The position numbers and the translations under genes are program-made. Positions 37,850-49,535 of a DNA stretch of 64,000 bases are shown here, piece by piece (the first letter of the stretch is position 1; each line of letters begins with the position of its first letter). The notes beneath the pieces were generated by a model that saw only the letters and a list, made by a program, of their open reading frames with translations, searched no databases and was not told the origin of the DNA. Source of the stretch: Octopus sinensis (lineage: Eukaryota); contig NC_042997.1 of the NCBI RefSeq assembly GCF_006345805.1, positions 174,158,001 through 174,222,000 on the forward strand, in the 5' to 3' direction.

Positions 37850-38340
37850 ACCACTATTAGGCAAATCAAACAATGAAAATCTTAAGCCAATACATAAAAT
37901 TAATTAATTTATATTATTTTAAATATATATCAAAATTTTAAAAAGTTTAATAAAAGATAATGAGTAAAACACTACGATCGTTTCATGGCTGTCCAATTCG
38001 TAATAATTCGAGTTATGGTTACAGTCAATCTTCAGGTGATTGAAATATTTATCTTAGCGAGGTTTAGCAATGTATATAAATGATGTAATAGTTATATTTA
38101 TCAAGAGTTGAACAGAAGGAATACATCAGGGAGAAAAGTTAGACGAAAGCAGAGAAGACAAAAATAACAGAAAGGGCTTTGCAGTTGCCGAACGAGGTGA
38201 GTAGTGTTGTTTGCGCAAAGAGGAGATAGGGTAAGTCCCTAGAAAACAGAACGAATGTAGCCGGAGGCGAAGCTAGCGTGACCAATCCAGTCAAAGCTAG
38301 GATGAAAAAGAACGAGACCGTTTTTACCTGTCACCGGTCA
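37850..38340 (-). mobile_element. Penelope-type pLTR region
   Basis: Contains an intact hammerhead and lies between (TA)n tracts. Boundaries are approximate. Confidence 0.55.
37967..38041 (-). ncRNA. Type I hammerhead ribozyme motif, intact core
   Basis: aatcac CTGAAGA ttgactgt...acagccat GAAA cgatcg TA gtgttt. Palindromic GATC tetraloop, GUA triplet. Confidence 0.78.
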
Positions 38341-38347
38341 CGAGTAT

Positions 38348-38403
<56 letters not shown>

Positions 38404-39112
38404 AATATACACACACAGAAATTCGGATACAGCTACAACTCAGAAAAATTCTTGATTCATGAGATTATCTCTCCTCTCGTATCTAACTGTTATCAAATGC
38501 TATTTTGTTACATGTGACATCCCCTAGAGGCAGAGATAATTTTAATAAATCAAGAATTCATGATGTATGATATTTGATTTACTTGTATTTGTCCATGTTC
38601 ATATTCATGCCACTGGCGACTGATGTATCTATATGTATACCAGAGTTAAAGAGAAAGTTATACGAAAGTGGGCAAATCGTTTTTGGCACTTGTATGTCTA
38701 TTATATATGTATAATACTTCCTACATACATGCGAGCGCGCATTAAACCAATGTATGTATATTATACCCCACGCACTATAAATTATATGAATTAACAAATT
38801 CGTACATTACGGATAAGTATTAGACAATTATTACTTAAATTACTATATGTATTTCAGCGTAAAACTTGCAGTAGATAGTTGTAAGGTATTCTTCAAAATT
38901 TGTCCTGTAATTTAAACCTGTAGTTTTAACCGTTTTCTTTAGGGAAACTTCCCTGAAAAAAATAAAAGAATTCAAATGGCTTTCCTTCCAAATATGGCCT
39001 TAGTAACATAAGACCTGCTACCCAATGTGGTGGTAACGAAATTCGTTCCTAGTACCAAGATGTAGAGCGTTAGGCTAATAAGGCCGGCTACACGGATTTT
39101 GTGGAGGATATC

Positions 39113-39997
39113 CGAGGTAGTACCACAAGGTTCCCGGATTAGTTATGTTTAACAAAAAATAACTTATTTACCCAAGTTTTAACATCACTTCCTTCGAAAT
39201 AGTCACCTTGCGCAGCAATACACCGGTCGCAGCGTTCCTGCCACCTTTGGAATCCGGCCTGATAGTCGTTTTCCGTAAGCGAGTCGAGGACCTTCTGCGA
39301 TTCGCTCTGGATTTCGACAGCGGTGCTGAAACGGCGACCCTGGAGCTGCGTTTTCTTCTTGGGGGAAAATATGGAAGTTGGCACGTGGTAAATCTGGTGA
39401 ATACGGCGGGGGTCGGAAGCGATGCCATAACGTTTTTGGCGAAAACCTCACGAGTGAGGAGAGTTCGGTGACAGAGTGCATTGCCGTTGTGAAGCAGCCA
39501 CAGACCCTATGGCTTCCACCGAATGTCCTTCTTCAAACACTTCAAGACATCGCAGTAGAACTCTTAATTAGCATTCTGGCCCTGGGCGATGAATTCTAGA
39601 TGCACAATAGACCATTTCCGAAAGTGATGCTCTGTCTGGTCTTCTACATCGCTCGTCGTCTTCCAAGCACTTTCTTTCACTCGAAACATTACGTTCAAAC
39701 CATTGCTTCGTTGCCGTAAGATTGCCGAAGCATGCCCAATGTCTCTTTACCAGACTTCCCAAGTTTAATGCCAAATTTCACGTTGGCTCTTCATTCCTGT
39801 CCATGACAAAATTGCAAACTGCAGCATACACGTGATCACAAAAACACAAATTTCACAACTTATGAAGTAAACACAGTCATGTCACTCGGCACATGAAGGT
39901 CACTGGTAGTTCTCATTGCGCAAGGCAAGCAACCGTGTACTTCCATCTGTTGGCGCGTTACAGAACTAGTCCAAGAACTTTTTGATACCACCTCGTA
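39113..39997 (-). mobile_element. mariner (DD34D-type) element with both TIRs, internally deleted
   Basis: TIRs cgaggtagtaccacaaggttcccggattagtt / cgaggtggtatcaaaaagttcttggactagtt. WLLHNGNALCH...PPYSPDL and WQERCDRCIAAQGDYFEG in broken frames. Confidence 0.92.
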
Positions 39998-40342
39998 TAT
40001 TCTCCCACATTCCACTCTGGTCGGGACGCCAGTCCGTCGCAAGATTTCTCATTTCCAACAACTGAGTGGAATAGATCAACGTGAAATGGAATGTTTCGTT
40101 GAAAAACAGCATGCAATGTCCAGACTAAGAATCGAAGCCACAATCTTACAGCTATGTGTGCAACACGCTAGCCATTAAGCCAATCACATCAAGATATAGA
40201 ATAACACTGTATTATAATGTTGTACTCATTGTGGTCGTCGTCGTTGTCGTCGTCGCTTTTGCTGTTCTGGCTGTTAATTTTGTTATTCAGTCCCAAGGTC
40301 AGCTTGAATTGAATGGATTAATGATTAAAGATGCTTCTTTAA

Positions 40343-40740
40343 CCCCTTGCCCGGCAGAAACGAATATATGCGTTTTGACCGAAATCTTTTTTGTCTATCT
40401 CTGGCGAGTTAACTCGTCAAAAGATAGACTCGCCAAAATCGACAGCAAACGAGTTCCTTTGTCTATTATAAACTCTTTTTTGACATATACGAGTATATTC
40501 GCTCACTTTATACGTCTGGCAGTGACGATTTCTGCCACCTTTCGCTTGAGTAAGGCATTGAAGACCGAGTATGATTTAGTCACCTGGAGACAGTCGAAGG
40601 GTTGGAAGGCACATTTTATGAATAATAAATAAGGTTTGAAATATACCTCGAAATCACCATTCAAAACATAGTAAAATAAAACAATAAAAAATATGTCTGA
40701 AAAAATACATTTATTTTCAAAATAATTGTTGGGTAAGGGG
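40343..40740. mobile_element. Non-autonomous piggyBac element with TTAA TSD
   Basis: TTAA-ccccttgcccggcag ... ttgttgggtaagggg-TTAA. Confidence 0.88.
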
Positions 40741-40844
40741 TTAACTGGTCAATCTTTTGTTTCAGGCATAATGTATCTAGGATTGTATTATTATTCAATG
40801 TGACCATATATTTTTAAAATTGTAGGGTACTTATAGGCAACATA

Positions 40845-41185
40845 CTTTCGGGGTCGATAAATTAAGTACCAGTTACGCACTGGCGTCGATACAACCGATT
40901 TAATCCGTTTGTCTGTCCTTGTTTGTCCTCTCTGTGTTTAGTCCGTTGTGGGTAATAAAGAAAAAAGAAACTGAAAGTAGCCCCTTGTTTATATATACAT
41001 ATGTATGTGTGTGTGTATGCTTGTCCACCATTTGACAACCAGCGTCGGTATTTTTACATCCCCGTTCGGCAAAAAGGACCGATAGAATAAGTACCAAGCT
41101 TTAAAAAATCAAAAAAGAACTAGGGTTGATTCATTCGACTAAAATTCTTCAAAGCAGTAAAATGACTGAAACAAGTAAAAGAGCA
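40845..41185 (+). mobile_element. SINE family A 3' half followed by SINE family B 3' half
   Basis: Direct similarity to the full copies. Confidence 0.85.
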
Positions 41186-41782
41186 AAAAAGAAAAAGAGT
41201 ACGATTCTTGGTAAAATTGGCTGCAATTTTTAACAGATCAACCGACCACAGAAGGACACGCACTTTGAATTATTGTCCTGAGAGCTAATGATCAAACCCA
41301 TAATTATATCACCCTTAGGTCAAAACAATGGTAAAGATCGACAAATATGTTGTTTCCTTGCAACAAACCCAACTACTCCATGCTGCAGCATTGAGTAGTT
41401 GTTTAGGAAGCACGTGTCGTTTTATTCGTCTCCAGATGGCGCCAATGCGCATTGTCAGCGACATGAGGCGTGGTAGGATGTGATGGGGGACCTCATGATG
41501 TTACATTGGTGGAAAATGCGTCTGGTTGTATTAATTAGCCCTGTGAAATCTAATTTACTTCCTTTGCGTACTATTGATCCCGATGAACTTGCTCTAGGTT
41601 TTATCAAGGTTTGGACGAATAGTTATTTTTTTTTCAGTTCACTTATTGATTGATTTATATTGCCTAGGACAAAATCGAAAGCTACTAACTCCTGTTAGCC
41701 CAATTCTTTGATATTCTGCTTTTAAATTGCATCTCATACAAACATTCATGTAATAAAAAAAAAAAATAATTAAAATAAAAAA

Positions 41783-41945
41783 CGTAGGAGTGGCTGTGTG
41801 GTAAGTAGCTTGCTTACCAACCACATAGTTCCAGGTTCAGTCCAACTGCGTGGCAACTTGGACAAGTGTCTTCAGCTATAGCCTCGGGCCGACCAACGCC
41901 TTGTAAGTAGATTTGGTAGACGGAAACTGAAAGAAGCCTGTCGTA

Positions 41946-41985
<40 letters not shown>

Positions 41986-42216
41986 CATGTGTGTGTATAT
42001 GTTTGTGTTTCTGTGTTTGTCCCCCCAACAACGCTTGACAACCGATGCTGGTGTGTTTACGTCCCCGTAACTTAGCGGTTCGGCAAAAGAGACCGATAGA
42101 ATAATTACTAGGCTTACAAAGAATAAGTCCTGGGGTCGATTTGCTCGACTAAAGGCGGTGCTCCAGCATGGCCACAGTCAAATGACTGAAACAAGTAAAA
42201 GAGCAAAGAGCAAAAG
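41783..42216 (+). mobile_element. SINE family B, full length, young
   Basis: Near-consensus head, microsatellite and tail. Confidence 0.95.
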
Positions 42217-42935
42217 AACAGACTTGCCTGCATAGAGAGAGACATCAAAATGTATATGTCTGCTAGTTTGTGAATGAGTATATCTGTGTGTATGGTTATA
42301 ACATGTATATATTGTTTCTATGTGTTGTTATACAGTAAAACATTGAAACAAAATAGACATATATAGTACTAAATTCAGAATATCAACTGATTTACGCAGA
42401 TGAAATAAATCATAAAGCTCTATCATGATATTTAGTACGCTTTATCTTGCTTGTTATATCCTACGTATGTGTGTATGTGTGAGTGTATGTGCCTATGTAT
42501 ACATATTTGAATATATGTGTTGTTAAATACATTAAAAAAAGACACACACACACATATACACACAAATATATATATATATACATTTTAAACAGCACAAACA
42601 TGACTGATACAGAATTTGAAAGTTGGTAGATACATTTGATATGTCAAAAATTTACAATTTTCTCGGGGGTTTGCCCCTGGCTGTGCTGCTCACGACAGAT
42701 GTGAACAATTCAGCTTAAAGAAGTCTTGTATAGACAGTCAACTTCATGAGTGTGTGTGTGTGTGTGTGGTGTGTGTGTGTGCATATGGCAATTGTTCGAT
42801 CTTTACAGTGCGTGTGCTAGTGTGTATGTGTGTTTGTGTACATATGGTAATTGTTCCACCTTCACAGATGATAAGGTGTCTCTCTCTGTGCTATCTCATT
42901 GTTAACTCATTTCTGACTTTCCTCCCATGATCTTT

Positions 42936-43722
42936 GAAGACCACAGATCCAATCCATCGCTGGAACTGTAAAAATCTGTAAAACTTTCCAGAAGTTTTAT
43001 ATATTAGCATGTCTAGATATGCAAGTATATGCAGGAGTATGCATACATAAAACAAACATACAAACATGCGTACGTACGTGCGTAATACATACACACATAC
43101 ATACATACATACATACATACATACATACATCATACATACATACATACATACATACATACATACATACATACATGCATACAAGATGGCTGCACCTTCGTTA
43201 TCGAGTATGGCCATTGCACGAAGCTTAACTGTTATTGGTGCTGTGATCGAATGTGACTTTTTAGCCCAGCTAAAGAACTAGAATGTCTTGTACAGAATTG
43301 GTAACTAAAACCTTTACCGGTAATAGCCGGCTGTAGTTGTAACTGGGCTTCATATACCTTTGCATGTCGTTTAAGTCCTCCTGTCGAATTACACTCTCTT
43401 CCACATGCCTGATAGATATAATTAGTATGGTGTGTAACACCACCACCAGTGGCCAGGTTGTCACTCATCTGTCTCGTTTTATGACTACGAAGATGACTCT
43501 TGAATCCAGCTTTACTGAGGCAGGGTCTTCATACATACATACATACATACATACATACATACATACATACATACATACATACATACATACATACATACAT
43601 ACATACATGCAAAAATAACTTGTAGCTGATGTTGAAATTCTAATGAAGGAGCCTTGGATCTCAGTTAAAAACCTACTTCTCTATTGGCAAGAAATCCTGA
43701 AATATATAAATCTGAATAATGA
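42936..43722 (+). mobile_element. 3' end of (CATA)n-associated R4-like LINE, interrupted by an RTE fragment
   Basis: QIQSIAGTVKICKTFQKF and a 3' UTR ending ctgaataatgac(ATAC)n match the 47817 copy. Confidence 0.8.
43179..43530 (-). mobile_element. RTE-clade LINE 3' fragment with tandem C2H2-like zinc fingers
   Basis: RPCLSKAGFKSHLRSH, ACGRECNSTGGLKRH and FCTRHSSSLAGLKSHIRSQH in one frame, flanked by (CATA)n. Confidence 0.7.
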
Positions 43723-43728
43723 CATACA

Positions 43729-43790
<62 letters not shown>

Positions 43791-44519
43791 CATACATACA
43801 TACATACATACATACATACATACATACATACATACATACATACATACATACAAGTGGGTGGACAAACGAAAGACAGAGGCTCTAATCACAATGGGTAGGA
43901 ATACATGGATTTATATTTATTAACAGTTTGATTTGGCTATATACAGCTGGATAAAAGTTTCGTATATAATTTTCTTATAATATTCATTCTCTCATTCCTT
44001 AATGAACAGCTAGTTCCGCTATTTAAAACGTGACAGATTCGTTAATATGGTTCAAAATCTATTTTCGTGTTATTCACTGCAACGTCTCTTGTTGGTGCGG
44101 ACCACCAACAGTTCAACATCTTTCAAAATCTTGTTTGTTTCTGTATTTTTATTTTATTTCCGCTAAGGCATATGGTTAATTTATTACGAAACAGTGAATA
44201 TTTTTCCTGACTTCTTATCTTCATAAATCTCTTCCCTTCTCAAGGTCTTTGCTGACCATTTCTGTTCGTTAAAACCAGCACTACCTGGTGGTCGGTCATA
44301 TAGTCAGAAAGTGATATAAAAATACGGCTTTATCTTTTTTATGGCCCATGTTAGATAAATCTATGTTGTCGACTGACGACAGATAGCCCAAAGGAAAAGA
44401 TTCTGTCCTCTAGGGGACCTCACAGTCATTTCGTCTGAAATGAGTATTAAAATATCTGGGAACCTACGTCAATATCTGAATCGTGATTGGAAGTGATGAG
44501 TTTACCGTAATTTTAGTAG

Positions 44520-44523
44520 TACG

Positions 44524-44582
<59 letters not shown>

Positions 44583-44599
44583 CATCATCATCGTCATCG

Positions 44600-44664
<65 letters not shown>

Positions 44665-44704
44665 GTCGTCAACGTCGTCGTCGTCGTCGTCGTTGTTGTT
44701 GTTC

Positions 44705-44767
<63 letters not shown>

Positions 44768-44784
44768 CATCATCATCGTCATCG

Positions 44785-44861
<77 letters not shown>

Positions 44862-44921
44862 GTCGTCAACGTCGTCGTCGTCGTCGTCGTTGTTGTTGTT
44901 CTTTTATTATTATTATTATTA

Positions 44922-44961
<40 letters not shown>

Positions 44962-44991
44962 TTATTATTATTATATTATTATTATTATTAT

Positions 44992-45055
<64 letters not shown>
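44520..45055. repeat. (TTA)/(TCA)/(TCG) compound microsatellite with higher-order duplication
   Basis: Marker gtcaacgtc...gttgttctttta occurs at ~44671 and ~44868. Confidence 0.95.
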
Positions 45056-45056
<1 letters not shown>

Positions 45057-45248
45057 GAGTGAGTGAGAGAGAGCAATGCGTGCCATCAAAATGACACTGG
45101 GGTACAAATATACGAACTCCATAAATACTTATCGTGGCGACCCGTCTGATAAGTGTATACCAGGCACATGCGTCACCATCATATGTGTGCGACATGGTGG
45201 TCTCATATCAAGATAAACAGCGCATGGCCTTGCAGGTGGAGCCCAATT
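45056..45248 (-). mobile_element. 5'-truncated copy of the (AAT)n-associated ~555-bp non-coding element
   Basis: Reverse complement of the 3' end of the 59345 and 62101 copies, abutting (TTA)n. Confidence 0.9.
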
Positions 45249-45359
45249 AATGATTATTATGATTGTTATCCAAAAGTCAGGGCACCCATGGTTTTTTATA
45301 GAGTTTTTCCATGAGCAGCCCTCGAACGTCTCATCCCGTTTGAGGATTACACATTGTTG

Positions 45360-45495
45360 ATTTCTTTCTTTCTTCTTCTTCTTCTTCTTCTTCTTCTTCT
45401 TCTCTTCTTCTTCTTCTTCTTCTTCTTCTTCTTCTTCTTCTTCTCTTCTTCTTCTTCTTCTTCTTCTTCTTCTTCTTCTTCTTCTTCTTCTTCCC
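45360..45495. repeat. (CTT)n microsatellite
   Basis: Directly visible. Confidence 0.95.
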
Positions 45496-45755
45496 TTTCT
45501 TAAATTTTTGTTAGTCTTGATTACACACAAAACCCACACAGCAACACACACTCACACACAGCAACACACACACATTCTTTGTTTTGTCTTGTGCTGTCCA
45601 TAATCTTTTTCTTATTGTAAACCAATGTGGTTAATAAAGAAATCATTATTGTTGTTGTTGTTGTTGTTGCTGTTGTTGTTGTTGTTATTATTATTATTAT
45701 TTATTATTATTATTATTTTATATTATTATTATTATTATTATCATCATCATCATCA

Positions 45756-45834
<79 letters not shown>

Positions 45835-45859
45835 AATAATAATAATATTTTTATTATCA

Positions 45860-46075
45860 ATCTGGGGTCGATATGATCGACTATCCTCCCTCCTCAAATT
45901 CCAGGCCTTGTGCGACGTCACTGGTACTAAGCTGTATTGGCCTTTTCCTTGGATAACATCGGTGGCGTAGAGAGGGGAGATTGGTATGTATGGGTGACTG
46001 CTGGTCTTCGATAAATAACCTTGCCCGGACTTGCGCTTCGGAGGAGGAACTTTCGAGGTGCAATGACTGAAGGGG
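45860..46075 (+). mobile_element. SINE family A tail variant plus repeat family E fragment
   Basis: ctggggtcgatatgatcgacta...aaattccaggccttgtgc, then the block matching 36675-36830. Confidence 0.7.
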
Positions 46076-47032
46076 GCCGCGTAATGGGACTGAACCCAAA
46101 GCCATGTAATTACAAAGCGAGCTTTTTAACTGTAATTTTTTTATTGAAAACAAAACGGTCGAATTTAATATTTCCTTAGATCTTTATGTTAATTTCGGAA
46201 CATTTTCGTTCCTATATCCATTATTATTTCGAAGCTTTTTTAGTCTCATCTTCAGTATGTAAAGATGATAATGGTACAATTATATTTGCATATCAAATCA
46301 TTAAATACTCATGGAAACCATACTGTAATTTTTTCCGATTAAATACTATTGAACTGTTAAACCCAGGCCACTTTCATAGCTTAATTTACATGTGTTGGCG
46401 TTTCATTTGCATTTTGCTAATAACTCTATACAACACAAATATTTGTTCTTGTGTAGCATCTGTTATTGCCTATTTGTTTGCCCCTAGAAAGTATGAAAAC
46501 TGACTAATAGTTCTTTCAAAGTTTGGTTTTGTTGCATTTATTCAAACGCCAAAGAATCCCTCTCCGCACATGGTTATGATGCTTCCCCAATATTCCTGCT
46601 CATGATCGGGTCCACCGATTGTCTGTGAACTTTGCGATAAGGCCGGCTCATCGTAGCTTTGCTATATTATACCACGGTTAAATATCGAGAAACTATCGTA
46701 CTTGTATGCCCGATATATAAAAAAATTTGGCGCGTGAATTTATTAATTTTGATGTTCACTTTGAAATTTTTATATTTGAGGGACTGATTGAAGTACGCTG
46801 CTTACATCTTTGAGATTAAGTGTTCATGAGAATGTGTGTGTGTGTGTGTGTGTGTTATATTTGTATATATACATACATATATACATTTATATCCAAGGAG
46901 GAAGCTACTCACGCACAAACATATAAATACATGTGTGCATGCGTATTATACACATACACACACACATTATAAAATCTCACTCACACATACATACCTACAC
47001 CCACCCACGCACGCACGCACACACACACACAC

Positions 47033-47065
<33 letters not shown>

Positions 47066-47785
47066 ACATTAGAGAGTATTTATATGAGTCTATCTGTTTA
47101 TCTTCGTGTGTCTACGCGCACGTAGACGATCTTCTCCTGCGCAATACATTCGTACAGCATGATTATCACTAGGCGGACATCTTTAAAAGAGATTTCTTCA
47201 ACGGAGTGGTATTTGTGTACTCTACTCATTATAATTATATCAATCTTTTTTGACATTGAAGCAATTAATGTAATTGGGAAGAAGAGAAAATGAAATTATC
47301 TTATCTTAACTTAGAAGCGCATTATATAAACACATTTAAGTGTGAATATATATATATATATATGGTATGTAATGTAGGTATATATGTATTTTTATACGTA
47401 TATATGTGTACACACGCACACGCATATATGTATATATATGTATATACACATATATATGTGCGTGTGTGTGCATGTCTGTAGACAAATATACACATATATA
47501 TATGCACGAACACACACACACGCACAAACACACATGTATATATGCATATTTACCTTTGTATGAATGAAAATATGTGTCTATATATATGGATTTGTGTGTC
47601 TAATTATACGTGTGCATGTATGTGTCTGAGTATTTATTTATGTGTATCAATGAGTATATTTGTAATATTTATAAGCATACATTTATATATACACACATAT
47701 GCATATATATGTGGGTGTGTGTGTATGTATATACATATATACGTACTACCTACTACCTACCTACATACATACATACATACATACA

Positions 47786-47816
<31 letters not shown>

Positions 47817-47818
<2 letters not shown>

Positions 47819-48380
47819 GAAGACCTCAATAAAACGTAAGCACAACAGACCTGATATAATGATTTGGGACAGAGAAGAGAAACTGTGAAGAATCGTGGAA
47901 AATTAGCTGCCCAGCACATCTTAACATATAACTGAAGAAAAAAAGAACACTTATGCTGAACTTTGAGAAATCTGCAGTTACTCTGTCCAGATTACAAATT
48001 CATGTTTATACCTGTAATTATTGGCGTTCTGGGATATGTAACAGACTGCCTAAATACCAATTATGAGAAATTAGGCTTCTCAAGACGAGGAAAGAGTAAG
48101 CTAATTCGAAGACTACAGATCCAGTCCATCACTGGAACTTTAAAATTCTATAAAACTTTCCAGAAGCTTATCATTTAGATATATATGAGTATGTCTATAT
48201 AAGCAAGGATATGCATGAAAATACATACATAAGCAAAACGTACAAATCTGCATATATACATACATACAAGCAAAAATACCCTGTTGTTGATGTTGAAATT
48301 CCAGTGGAAAAGCCTTGGATCTAAGTTAGAAACCGGCTCTTTCTCTATTGACAAGAATTTTGAAATAAAACTGAATAATG
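47817..48380 (+). mobile_element. 5'-truncated R4-like (RLE) LINE inserted in (CATA)n
   Basis: KHNRPDIMIWDREEK (PD of the PD-(D/E)xK nuclease), IVEISCP, FIPVIIGVLGYV, RLQIQSITGT, then 3' UTR. (CATA)n on both sides. Confidence 0.88.
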
Positions 48381-48427
48381 ATATACATACATACGCATAT
48401 ACATACACATGTATATATATGTATATA

Positions 48428-48517
<90 letters not shown>

Positions 48518-48687
48518 GTGTGCAGAGATGTTTGCAATCCATGCCTCACATTTTGGGTAGAGTACAATCTAAAATATATCAGAGGATCTATGCTAGTTAA
48601 TCGTGGATACATGTAGATACATACATAAATACAATCACACTCACATACGCACACACAAATACACTTGTGTCTATATATATACACACA

Positions 48688-48719
<32 letters not shown>

Positions 48720-48786
48720 ACACACTCACACACACACATACATACATATATATATATATTATATATATATATCTATATATATATAT

Positions 48787-48818
<32 letters not shown>

Positions 48819-48831
48819 GATATATATATAT

Positions 48832-49101
48832 ATGTCTCCTACTGATCATCACTTATTTAAGCATTTTGAGCCTTTCATGAGCAATATAACATTCTTAAAC
48901 AGAGAAGAGGTAATTGAAGCATTCGGACACACCAAAAGATGAATTTTTTGAAAGATGGAATATATGACATAGAGAAACGTTGGGTAAACGTCATAAATGA
49001 ACATGGATCATACTTTGATTAAATAAATCAGTTCTCTAACACTTCTGAAACATTTTATTGCTACCTTTCAAATACATCATTTCGTGTGAAACAACCTAAT
49101 A
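48832..49101 (+). mobile_element. mariner transposase C-terminal fragment with right TIR and TA
   Basis: MSPTDHHLFKHF...DGIYDIEKRWVNVINEHGSYFD*, then ...gaaacaacctaa-TA. Confidence 0.85.
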
Positions 49102-49157
49102 TATGTATATATTTATAATATATGTGTGTGTATGTGTATGCATGTGTGTCCAAATGA

Positions 49158-49214
<57 letters not shown>

Positions 49215-49494
49215 CAGACACACAACATGCACACATATACACACACATATATGTAATGTTTCTTCTTCGTTTCTTTCAATCATTCTGCATCATTTTCCTC
49301 ATCTACAATTCATACTAATCATTGAATTCTTCTGGGCATAATTTTAGTATTTCTTTCAAAAGTTCGAAGTAACTGGGAATTTTTGCATGTTAAAGACCTG
49401 CAAATTAGCAGTTATATATTAGAATAATCGTTTCTTCGATTCCTCACTTACACTCCCATTAGATTGGCATTTTATTGTATACTTACACACACAC

Positions 49495-49535
<41 letters not shown>

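Noticed and set aside
40156-40632. 158-aa ORF
   Set aside because: It runs across a (GTC)n tract, a repeat fragment and a piggyBac MITE, with no domain.
42655-42680. Sm-site-like AATTTTCT followed by a GGGG/CCCC hairpin (snRNA-like)
   Set aside because: No other snRNA features upstream. More likely a fragment of a common repeat.
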